From an uncultured Rhodothermales bacterium (GTDB taxonomy: Bacteria > Bacteroidota > Rhodothermia > Rhodothermales > Salinibacteraceae): DNA of 41,902 nucleotides. Numbering within the stretch: the stretch's first letter is position 1; each line of letters opens with the position of its first letter. The stretch is taken from NCBI GenBank assembly GCA_964345515.1, contig CAYFRX010000002.1:1-41902 (forward strand), written 5' to 3'. The notes beneath the pieces were generated by a model. The model saw nothing but the letters and a program-made list of their open reading frames with translations, did not search any database and was not told the DNA's origin. Shown one piece after another: positions 1 to 8,617 of this stretch. A program made the position numbers and the translations under genes.

Positions 1-415
1 GGATCCGGACTGACGAAATGATCCAGCTGCAACAGATCCTTTTGCCACCGGAAGATGATCTTATCAAGCCCGCAACTGATTCCGCCTTGATGTTCACATC
101 TTTTTTTTCCAATGTTCATACCCTTCCGAAGGAGCGCCGGCATGCCTGGGGCGCCCCGCGTTGGGGCTCAATCTATTCGGTATCCCTGCATGGATCGGCT
201 GATGGACGTTCAAGCGAATGTTTGCAGTGCCCCCCTGGGCGCTTCAACCTCTTATCCGAATGCACAGGGCTAGACTCACCGTCCCCCAAACCTGAACCAG
301 AACCTAATCTGCGCCACCGAGAAAACCCACCTATAGTAATGTCGAGCTCCTCACACTGCGGAGCGCTACGCCACATGCTGCCTCATTCATTCTACACCTT
401 GGATATCCCTCTGTC

Positions 416-1927
416 ATGAACTGCAACTTTCCCCTGTGGACCGGACTGATCCGCTCGCGTGCCCTGCCTGCCGCCATTATACTCGTCGTCGCGGCAAGCT
501 GCTTATTTGCCGCGCCATCTTTTTCCCAGGCACAGCGCCCTTTAAATGTGGTCTTCATCCTCAGTGACGACCATCGTTATGACTATATGGGTTTTCACGA
601 GAACGCGCCGGAGTTTCTGGAGACTCCGGCGATGGATCGTATGGCGCGCGAAGGCGCCCATCTGGCCAACGCGTTCGTGAGTACGTCGCTGTGCTCGCCC
701 TCCCGCGCATCTATTCTAACGGGGCAGTATGCCTTCCGCCACGGAGTGGTTGACAACCAGCGCCGCGTTCCGGAAAACACGCGATTTTTTCCGCAGGATC
801 TGCAAGAGGCTGGCTACCAAACGGCCTACATTGGCAAGTGGCACATGGGGCGGGCGAGCGACGAGCCGCGCCCGGGATTCAGCCGGTGGGTCAGCTTTCG
901 TGGCCAGGGCGTCTACTACAATCCCACGTTCAACATCGACGGCGAACGTCAGCAGATGGAGGGCTACGTAACAGACCTACTTACCGATTACGCGCTCGAT
1001 TGGCTGAACCAACGAAATCAGGACGAACCGTTCTTTCTGTACTTGTCTCACAAAGCCGTTCATGCGGAATTTGAGCCGGCCCAGCGCCATGAAGGTATGT
1101 ACGCGGACGTCCGCATCCCTAAGCCCCAGTCCATGAAAAACGTAACGCAAAACTACGAGGGGAAACCCCGATGGGTTCAGGAGCAGCGGTACAGTTGGCA
1201 CGGCGTGGACCACATGTATCACGGCCGCGATGACCATCCGCAGGGCCTGGATGAGATCATTGTTCGCTACAGCGAGTCGCTGATGGCCGTCGACGAAAGC
1301 ATCGGGCGGGTGCTGAATTACCTTGAGGAGAACGGTCTGGCCGACAACACGCTGGTGGTTTACATGGGCGACAACGGCTTCATGCTGGGCGAACATGGAC
1401 TCATCGACAAGCGCCAAGCCTATGAGGAGTCGATGCGCGTGCCGATGCTCGCCTGGGGACCGGGGACGATCGAACCGGGTCGCACCATTCAAGAGAATAT
1501 CCTCAATACCGACGTCGCGCCGACGTTTCTCGAGATTGCAGGAACAAGCATGCCCGATGATCACGCGGTAGATGGGCGCTCATTCCTTCCGCTACTGGAG
1601 GGACGCTCCGTGCCGGACTGGCGCTCTTCATTCGTCTATCAATACTTCTGGGAGCATTCGTTTCCGCACACGCCCACCGTGTATGCGATTCGTGGAGACC
1701 GGTACAAGTACATCTACTATCACGGCGTATGGGACAAACACGAACTGTACGATCTGCAGACCGATCCGCGCGAAATGTACAACCTCATTGACGCGCCTGA
1801 ACACCAAGACCGCGTGCAGTCGATGCGTAATGAACTGTTCGACGTTCTCGAAGCCAACGGGGCGACCGACGTCCGCTTCCGACGTCCTACGGGTGGACAA
1901 AACGACGAGCGCCTCATTCATAAGTGA
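416..1927 (+). CDS. Secreted type I (formylglycine-dependent) sulfatase
   Basis: 503-aa ORF from ATG 416. Signal-like hydrophobic N-terminus (ALPAAIILVVAASCLFAAPSFS). Sulfatase motifs ILSDDHRYD, LCSPSRASILTG (C-x-P-x-R), GKWHMG and YMGDNGFMLGEHG. Confidence 0.9.
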   Translation: MNCNFPLWTGLIRSRALPAAIILVVAASCLFAAPSFSQAQRPLNVVFILSDDHRYDYMGFHENAPEFLETPAMDRMAREGAHLANAFVSTSLCSPSRASILTGQYAFRHGVVDNQRRVPENTRFFPQDLQEAGYQTAYIGKWHMGRASDEPRPGFSRWVSFRGQGVYYNPTFNIDGERQQMEGYVTDLLTDYALDWLNQRNQDEPFFLYLSHKAVHAEFEPAQRHEGMYADVRIPKPQSMKNVTQNYEGKPRWVQEQRYSWHGVDHMYHGRDDHPQGLDEIIVRYSESLMAVDESIGRVLNYLEENGLADNTLVVYMGDNGFMLGEHGLIDKRQAYEESMRVPMLAWGPGTIEPGRTIQENILNTDVAPTFLEIAGTSMPDDHAVDGRSFLPLLEGRSVPDWRSSFVYQYFWEHSFPHTPTVYAIRGDRYKYIYYHGVWDKHELYDLQTDPREMYNLIDAPEHQDRVQSMRNELFDVLEANGATDVRFRRPTGGQNDERLIHK

Positions 1928-1946
1928 GCACGTTTGGCACCTCCAG

Positions 1947-1974
1947 CAGGCTGGGGAAAGCAGGCTGGGGAAAG
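1947..1974. repeat. Perfect tandem duplication of 14 bp (CAGGCTGGGGAAAG x2); function unknown
   Basis: Read directly: 1947-1960 and 1961-1974 are identical. The repeat begins 20 nt after the sulfatase stop codon (1925-1927). Confidence 0.9.
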
Positions 1975-1976
1975 AG

Positions 1977-2002
1977 GGCCCGGGTATCTTTTGCACCGGG
2001 CC
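1977..2002 (+). terminator. Candidate stem-loop terminator after the first sulfatase gene
   Basis: GGCCCGG (1977-1983) pairs with CCGGGCC (1996-2002) around a 12-nt loop. The downstream sequence is pyrimidine-rich but has no clean T tract, so the call is weak. Confidence 0.3.
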
Positions 2003-2211
2003 TCGCCTCTTGTCACTCGGTGAGTGCCGTCCGTGTTGCTCACAAGATGAGGCAAAGTCAACTTCGGCTCCGCACGCCTTGATTAACAGAACTTTAATAT
2101 TTACGTTGCCTCGCAGTAACATCTACGCACGTTCTGCGGTCGGCCGGTCCCATCCATCCCCGGGTGATTCGGCTTCGTTGAGACAGATCTCGAGTCCGTG
2201 CTGCCTGCGTA

Positions 2212-2234
2212 ATACACTGAAGTGATACACTGAA
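2212..2234. repeat. 10-bp direct repeat ATACACTGAA x2 (13-bp period), about 105 nt upstream of the SusC-like start; possible operator or promoter element
   Basis: Read directly: 2212-2221 and 2225-2234 are identical and separated by GTG. The repeat itself is certain; any function is not. Confidence 0.8.
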
Positions 2235-2338
2235 AGTAGAAGTTTACCGGCACCCGGCGTGATGCAAACCATCTTGCTCGCGCTCGTGCTCGACCACTCA
2301 CAACTGGCATCGCCTTTCTTAAATCCAGAGGGGAAACT

Positions 2339-5300
2339 ATGACAAAACGATTTTTACTACTGCTCGTAGGGTGGTGTCTGGTTGGGCACGTTTCTTCGAA
2401 GGCATGGGATGTGGATCGATCCTCCGCCCTGCTCCTCGAGAAACCCATGCCGACCGTTCTGATGCAGGATGCCACTTCCCAAGAAACCGTGCGCGGGCAA
2501 GTCACCGAGGCCGGTACCGAGGAACCGCTTGTCGGGGCCAACGTGGTGGTGAAAGGAACCACGATCGGCACCTCGACCGATGCAGACGGAGACTATGAAC
2601 TCCAGGTAGAAAGCTTACGCGATACGCTGGTGTTCTCGTTTGTCGGATACCAACCTCAAGAGGTGGCGATCAACGGGCGAACCGAAGTCGATGTAGCTCT
2701 CCAGGTACAAGCGGTCGCTGGCGAGGAGCTGGTCGTTGTCGGGTACGGAACGGTCCAAAAGAGCGACTTGACGGGATCGGTGAGCTCCTTGCCCGCCGAC
2801 CAGTTGAATACTGGCCCCCAGACCTCCGTCGACCAAGCCATTCAGGGCCGGGTTCCTGGCGTCCAGGTCACGCAGACCAACGCTGAACCCGGTGGAGGGT
2901 ATTCCATCCGAATTCGGGGCACCAACTCCATTACCGCCGGCAACGAGCCGTTGTACGTCGTGGACGGGCTCCCGGGCGCGAACCCGCTGAACTCGCTAAA
3001 TCCTGCTGACATCCAGTCGATCGAGGTCCTCAAGGATGCCTCGGCGACCGCTATTTACGGGGCGCGGGGGTCGAACGGGGTCATCTTGATCACCACCAAG
3101 CAAGGACGAGGAGGCGCTCCTCTATCGGTCAATTACAACGGTTCGGTCGGCTATCAGCACACCGCCGAGAAGCTGGATATCATGAATGCTCAGGAGTACA
3201 TGTCGTTTTACAACTCACTGAGCGAATCTCGGGGGGAGGAGCCGCCCTTTAGCCAGGAAGAGATGAATGCGATCGGATCGGGCACGGACTGGCTCGATGA
3301 AGTGCTACGCGGGGCTCCGCTTCAGCAGCATCAGCTCTCGTTTTCAGGAGGTTCCGAAGACACGCAGTATTACCTGTCGCTTAATTACTTGAAGCGCGAT
3401 GGCATCGTCATCAACACAAACTTCGAGCGGTATGGCGGCCGGGTCAACCTCCAACATTCGCTGAGCGACCGGCTCCAGGTTGGCTTCAATCTTAACAACA
3501 GCCTGGAGCAGGACGTGACGGTTCCGCTGGGCACCGGCGTGAATGCGGGAGCCGGCGTCATCGCTACAGCCATCCAACTGCCTCCCACGATGCCGGTCCG
3601 AAACGAAGACGGCAGCTTTGCCCAGAGCTCTCAGGACCTGAGCAATGCCGTCGCGCAAGCACGGACCATCGAAAACAATGGAGAAATCAAGCGGACCTTC
3701 GGGAATGGATTTGCCGAGTATCAGATCCTCAACAGCCTGAGTGCAAGGGTCAATGTAGGCTTTAACCAGCGGACTGCTGAGCGGGATATCTTCCTGAACA
3801 CGGTCACGCAGCGGGGCCAGCTGAACGAAGGGCAAGCAACCAAAAATCAGAATGAAGACACCAATCTTCTATTCGAGTTTACCACCGAGTACGACCAGGC
3901 GTTTAGCGCCGGCCACAACCTGAATGTGCTCGGTGGCTACTCCTTCCAGCGGTTTACGGACACCGGTTTTAATGCCGCGGCACAGAATTTCCCAACTACG
4001 TCATTCGGCTTCAACAATCTGGGAGCTGGCGAAAAAGTTAAAAACGAGGTCGGCTCCTTTAAACAGCAAAACACACTGCTCTCTGGATTTGGCCGGTTGA
4101 ACTACAATTACGACGGCAAATATCTCTTGACCTCGACGGTCAGGTTAGATGGCTCCTCCCGATTCGGTGAAAATAATGAATACGCCGTCTTTCCTTCGGG
4201 CGCGCTCGCCTGGCGCATTTCGGATGAGCCGTTTTTTCCCGGAAGCGGTTTTCTGGGTGCCGTCTCCAATCTGAAGCTTCGCGCCAGTTTCGGCATCAGC
4301 GGAAACCAGGAGATTGGTAACGCCCGCTCTCTCGTCCTACTGGGCACCGGGCCCGTCGCGGTGTTCGACGGCGAGGAGTTCACATCGATCGCTCCTATTC
4401 AATTGGCCAACCCCGATCTGCGTTGGGAAACGACCCGCCAGCTGGACGTGGGACTGGACTTCGAACTGCTGGACGGTCGGATTGCGGGCTCGCTCGACTA
4501 CTTTGTGAGCAACACGAACGACCTGCTACTCGAGTTGCCGATCCCCACTACCAGTGGATTCGCCAGCTCACTGCAAAACGTCGGAGACACAAAGAACTCC
4601 GGGTTCGAATTCGCGATCGACACCCGGAATGTCGTTGGGGATTTCAACTGGACCACCAACTTCAACTTTGCAACGCTGAACAATGAGGTCACCAACCTCG
4701 GCGAGCTGCCGCGCATTCTGCAGGGAGGAACGCGTTTCATCCAGGACTTTACGATCCTCCGAGAAGGCGACCCGGTGAATGCGTACTTTGGGTACGTCGT
4801 GGAGGGCGTGTTCCAATCGCAGGAGGAGATCGATAACAACCCCTCCCATCCCACTGCTCAACCCGGAAGTCGCCGATTCAAGGACGTAAACGGAGACGGG
4901 ATGATCGACGAGGAAGACCGCACCATCCTCGGGAATCCGCATCCCGATTTCACGCTCGGGCTGAACAACTCGCTCGGGTATAAAGGGCTTAGCGTGGACC
5001 TATTTCTTGAAGGACGGTTCGGCTTTGAACTGGCTAACTTTACTCGGATCGATTCCGAGAATCCGATCGACAATTTGAGGAATCGCGAGGATTACGTACT
5101 CGACCGTTGGACGCCAGAAAACCGGGACAGCGAGAATCCCTCCTTTGTGGACCCACCCCGCACCTTCGATTTCAACAGCCGAATCGTTCGGGACGCATCG
5201 TTTCTGCGGCTCAAAAATGTCAGGGTAAGCTACACGTTCCCCGACTTGGACGTGGGTGGCATTTCGTCCCTTTCAATCTATGCCACGGGTCAAAACCTGA

Positions 5301-5428
5301 TCACCATCACGGGCTACGATGGATTCAACCCTGATGTGAATGTACTGGGCTCGTCGAACGTCAGGATTGATTACAACGCCTATCCGCTCGCGAGAGTCTA
5401 CTCATTGGGCATTGACCTGCGAATTTAA
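2339..5428 (+). CDS. SusC/RagA-family TonB-dependent outer-membrane transporter
   Basis: 1029 aa with a signal peptide (MTKRFLLLLVGWCLVGHVSS). Carboxypeptidase-regulatory-like segment VRGQVTEAGTEEPLVGANVVVKGTTIGTSTDADGDYEL. Plug-type motif IQSIEVLKDASATAIYGARGSNGVILITTK. A long beta-barrel region follows, and a SusD-like gene starts 18 nt downstream. Confidence 0.92.
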   Translation: MTKRFLLLLVGWCLVGHVSSKAWDVDRSSALLLEKPMPTVLMQDATSQETVRGQVTEAGTEEPLVGANVVVKGTTIGTSTDADGDYELQVESLRDTLVFSFVGYQPQEVAINGRTEVDVALQVQAVAGEELVVVGYGTVQKSDLTGSVSSLPADQLNTGPQTSVDQAIQGRVPGVQVTQTNAEPGGGYSIRIRGTNSITAGNEPLYVVDGLPGANPLNSLNPADIQSIEVLKDASATAIYGARGSNGVILITTKQGRGGAPLSVNYNGSVGYQHTAEKLDIMNAQEYMSFYNSLSESRGEEPPFSQEEMNAIGSGTDWLDEVLRGAPLQQHQLSFSGGSEDTQYYLSLNYLKRDGIVINTNFERYGGRVNLQHSLSDRLQVGFNLNNSLEQDVTVPLGTGVNAGAGVIATAIQLPPTMPVRNEDGSFAQSSQDLSNAVAQARTIENNGEIKRTFGNGFAEYQILNSLSARVNVGFNQRTAERDIFLNTVTQRGQLNEGQATKNQNEDTNLLFEFTTEYDQAFSAGHNLNVLGGYSFQRFTDTGFNAAAQNFPTTSFGFNNLGAGEKVKNEVGSFKQQNTLLSGFGRLNYNYDGKYLLTSTVRLDGSSRFGENNEYAVFPSGALAWRISDEPFFPGSGFLGAVSNLKLRASFGISGNQEIGNARSLVLLGTGPVAVFDGEEFTSIAPIQLANPDLRWETTRQLDVGLDFELLDGRIAGSLDYFVSNTNDLLLELPIPTTSGFASSLQNVGDTKNSGFEFAIDTRNVVGDFNWTTNFNFATLNNEVTNLGELPRILQGGTRFIQDFTILREGDPVNAYFGYVVEGVFQSQEEIDNNPSHPTAQPGSRRFKDVNGDGMIDEEDRTILGNPHPDFTLGLNNSLGYKGLSVDLFLEGRFGFELANFTRIDSENPIDNLRNREDYVLDRWTPENRDSENPSFVDPPRTFDFNSRIVRDASFLRLKNVRVSYTFPDLDVGGISSLSIYATGQNLITITGYDGFNPDVNVLGSSNVRIDYNAYPLARVYSLGIDLRI

Positions 5429-5446
5429 CTACAAGAGGTAGAAGCG

Positions 5447-6895
5447 ATGAGAATCTCACTCAGAATTGCTGCTGCGTTTATCTTACTGGCTCTCACGGCG
5501 TGTGACGAAAACCCCCTCCAGGAAGAAACATTCACTACGCTGAGTCCAGGTAACTTCTTCAATACGGCCGAGGACGCTGAGGTGGTGCTGAACTCCGTAT
5601 ATGGCGAATTACGGTACAGCGACATCACGCGCGATGCCGTCACGTTGCAAGAGGTCTGCACGGATATCCACATTGAGCGCTTTGGAGGCATTTTCACCTT
5701 CAATCAACCCATCGAGGACTTCGTTTGGACACCCTCCCATAACTGGCTACAAAACTGGTGGGAACGCCGCTATCGGGGCATCTACAAAGCCAACACGGTG
5801 TTGGATAACGTCCCTTCCATTGAGATGGACGAGGCTCGCAAACAGGAGATGCTGGCTGAGACCCGGTTTCTGCGAGCATTCAACTATTTTCTTTTGTACG
5901 ACCTATTCGGCCCGGTGCCTCTCATCGTCACCAGCGAAACGCGGGTCGGGGATCGTCCGGCTCGCGCCACCGATGAGGAGATCGTTTCGTTCATTGAAGA
6001 TGAGTTGCGTGCAGCCAGTCAGGTCCTTCCTGTGAGCGACCCCCCGCGGCAGCAGTACGGCCGGCCCACTCGGGGAGCGGCATTGGGCATCCTGTCCAAA
6101 TTTTATCTCATGAATAAGAAATGGGAGGAAGCAGCTTCAACCGCGCAGGAAGTCATTGACTTGAACGTCTATGACCTCTTCACAGAAGGGAATCGAACGG
6201 AGCTCTTCAGCCACCTGAATCAGCGCGACAACGAATTTATATTCGTGGCCGACATGTCGGACACGCCGACGAACGTGACCGGCGATGGCTGGCTCAGCCA
6301 CGTGGCCCCCGACGATTACCAGTGGCAGTATCCCCCCCGAATCATTTTCGCGGCTGAGTATCGGATTCGATCTGAATTCCTAGAGCTTTTTGACCCCGAG
6401 GACGAGCGCCTGGACGCCTTCCTCTTTGAATTTGTCAATACCAGCGGTGAGACGGTCCAGCTCGGCGAGGATAACGTCCGGAGCTTCAAGTTTCCCGAAT
6501 ACCCGAATCAGGGCATCAGCCGGTCGGCGGATGATTTCCCGTTCCTTAGGTATGCCGATATCCTTTTGACCCGCGCGGAGGCCTTGAACGAAATCAACGG
6601 GCCCAACGATGAGTCGGTGGAGTTGCTCAACATGGTACGCGATGCGGCGGGGGTCAGCACGTTCACGGTCGGCGACTTCGCTACGGCGGCGGATTTCAGG
6701 GATTTCATTCTCGACGAGCGAGGTCGGGAGTTCCACACGGAAGCCCTGCGGCGGCAAGACCTGATCCGACATGGTAAATTCATTGAAATGGCCCAGGACC
6801 GAGGTGAGCCTGCCCAGGACTATCAGGTGCGTTATCCCATACCGCAAACGGAGGTCGAACGCAATTCTAATCTCGAGCAGAACGAGGGTTACTAG
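5447..6895 (+). CDS. SusD/RagB-family nutrient-binding outer-membrane lipoprotein
   Basis: 482 aa with a lipoprotein signal and LTAC lipobox (MRISLRIAAAFILLALTACDENP). Helical, W/Y-rich SusD-like sequence. Canonical position directly after the SusC-like gene. Confidence 0.85.
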   Translation: MRISLRIAAAFILLALTACDENPLQEETFTTLSPGNFFNTAEDAEVVLNSVYGELRYSDITRDAVTLQEVCTDIHIERFGGIFTFNQPIEDFVWTPSHNWLQNWWERRYRGIYKANTVLDNVPSIEMDEARKQEMLAETRFLRAFNYFLLYDLFGPVPLIVTSETRVGDRPARATDEEIVSFIEDELRAASQVLPVSDPPRQQYGRPTRGAALGILSKFYLMNKKWEEAASTAQEVIDLNVYDLFTEGNRTELFSHLNQRDNEFIFVADMSDTPTNVTGDGWLSHVAPDDYQWQYPPRIIFAAEYRIRSEFLELFDPEDERLDAFLFEFVNTSGETVQLGEDNVRSFKFPEYPNQGISRSADDFPFLRYADILLTRAEALNEINGPNDESVELLNMVRDAAGVSTFTVGDFATAADFRDFILDERGREFHTEALRRQDLIRHGKFIEMAQDRGEPAQDYQVRYPIPQTEVERNSNLEQNEGY

Positions 6896-6988
6896 CCCCA
6901 TAGCAGGGTAGCACGCAGGCTTTGGTTCCACGCCTGGCGCTCTCCTGACCTGCGTCCTCTGCATCCTTCTTGATAGCGCCCCAAACTG

Positions 6989-8587
6989 ATGTCTTTCCAC
7001 ACGGCTCCGCCTTCAATCATCCGCCGTTTTGCAACGGTATTTACGCTCCTGCTGCTCCTCACTCCTCCCGCCGTTCAAGCCCAGGAGGAACGGCCGAACA
7101 TCGTGTTTATCTTCTCGGACGACCACGCCACGCAGGCCGTGGGCGCGTACGGCGGGCGACTCGCCGGGCTCGACCCGACGCCCCACCTCGACCGCCTCGC
7201 CGAGCAGGGCATGCTCTTCCGCAACGCCTCCGTGACCAACTCGATTTGTGCGCCGAGCCGGGCCGTGATTCTAACCGGCAAGCACAGCCACCTGAACGGC
7301 GTCGAAACCAACCGCGGCGGCGACAGTCTCGACGCAACGCAGCAGACGTTCCCGCAGTTGCTTCGCGAGAGCGGCTATCAGACGGCCATGATCGGCAAAT
7401 GGCACCTCAAGAGCGCGCCCACGGGATTCGACTACTGGGAAGTACTGCCCGGCCAGGGCACCTACTACAACCCCGACTTTCGCACCGAGGATGGGACCAC
7501 GCGATACACGGGCTATACCACGGACATCATCACCGATCGGGCACTCAACTGGCTCGATAACGGACGCAGCGGCGACGAGCCGTTCCTGCTGATGTACCAG
7601 CACAAAGCCCCCCACCGCAGCTGGCAGCCCGGCCCAGATCACCTGACGACCTACGATGATCAGGAGATTCCGATGCCGCGCTCGCTCTTCTACAACTACA
7701 CCCACCTCTCGCGTGCAGCCGTCATGCAAGAGATGGAGATCTCCACCGACCTGTGGTGGGGATGGGACCTCAAGCTGCCCGTCAACCCGGACCACCCCGC
7801 CGATTCCATGGACGGCTACCAGCGCTTCTATCAGCGCCTAACCTCGACCCAAAAGCGAGCCTGGGAAGGTGCCTATCGCCCCAAGAACGAGCAGTTCTAC
7901 CAGCAGTACCGCAACGGCTCACTGCAGGAACGGGACCTCGTCCGCTGGAAATACCAGCGCTACCTGAAGGACTATCTCCGCACCATCGCCTCGCTCGACG
8001 ATAATATCGGGCGGCTCATGCAGTACCTGGATGAACGTGGACTCGCCGACAATACGATTGTCATCTACAGCTCGGACCAAGGGTTCTTTTTGGGCGAGAA
8101 GGGCTGGTTCGACAAGCGCTGGATGTACGAGGAATCGATGCGCATGCCGCTCATCGTGCGGTGGCCCGGGGTCGTGGAACCAGGGTCCGAGAGCGACGCG
8201 CTCGTGCAAAACCTCGACTTTGCGCAAACCTTGCTCGACGTCGCCGGTGCGGAGGCCCCCGATGCCATGCAAGGCCGCAGCCTGGTGCCCCTGCTCCGCG
8301 GACCGGCCCCCAGCGACTGGCGCGAGGCCGTGTACTACCATTACTACGAATTTCCGCGCCCCCACCACGTTGTCCCGCACGAAGGCATCCGCACGCAGCG
8401 CTACAAGCTCATCCACTACTACACGATCGACCAGTGGGAGCTGATCGATCTGCAGCTCGACCCGGACGAACTGATGAACCGGTACGGCCACCCCGACTAT
8501 GCCGACGTCACCCAGCAACTGGAACAGCAGCTCGACGCGCTCCGCACCCAGTACGGCGTCACCGATGCGGACTACGGCGCACGCTAG
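6989..8587 (+). CDS. Secreted type I (formylglycine-dependent) sulfatase, second copy, different subfamily
   Basis: 532 aa with a signal-like N-terminus (FATVFTLLLLLTPPAVQAQ). Motifs IFSDDHA, ICAPSRAVILTG (C-x-P-x-R), GKWHL and SSDQGFFLGEKGWFDKRWMYEES. Confidence 0.9.
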   Translation: MSFHTAPPSIIRRFATVFTLLLLLTPPAVQAQEERPNIVFIFSDDHATQAVGAYGGRLAGLDPTPHLDRLAEQGMLFRNASVTNSICAPSRAVILTGKHSHLNGVETNRGGDSLDATQQTFPQLLRESGYQTAMIGKWHLKSAPTGFDYWEVLPGQGTYYNPDFRTEDGTTRYTGYTTDIITDRALNWLDNGRSGDEPFLLMYQHKAPHRSWQPGPDHLTTYDDQEIPMPRSLFYNYTHLSRAAVMQEMEISTDLWWGWDLKLPVNPDHPADSMDGYQRFYQRLTSTQKRAWEGAYRPKNEQFYQQYRNGSLQERDLVRWKYQRYLKDYLRTIASLDDNIGRLMQYLDERGLADNTIVIYSSDQGFFLGEKGWFDKRWMYEESMRMPLIVRWPGVVEPGSESDALVQNLDFAQTLLDVAGAEAPDAMQGRSLVPLLRGPAPSDWREAVYYHYYEFPRPHHVVPHEGIRTQRYKLIHYYTIDQWELIDLQLDPDELMNRYGHPDYADVTQQLEQQLDALRTQYGVTDADYGAR

Positions 8588-8617
8588 CGGGCTCGCGCTG
8601 GACGGGACCTCCTGCCC

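Noticed and set aside
1-6. GGATCC (BamHI site) exactly at the window start, with further copies at 19747-19752 and 20021-20026
   Set aside because: A 6-mer is expected by chance in 42 kb. There is no evidence of a cloning junction or any biological meaning.
1-119. Possible 5' end of a minus-strand gene running off the window start (ATG at 119-117; MNIGKKRCEHQGGISCGLDKIIFRWQKDLLQLDHFVSPD...)
   Set aside because: Only about 39 codons are visible, with no recognisable motif, and another frame is also open. It cannot be supported from this window alone.
18-419. 133-aa plus-strand ORF upstream of the first sulfatase
   Set aside because: The product has no recognisable features, is not acidic like the neighbouring proteins, and overlaps what is most simply the sulfatase promoter and leader region.
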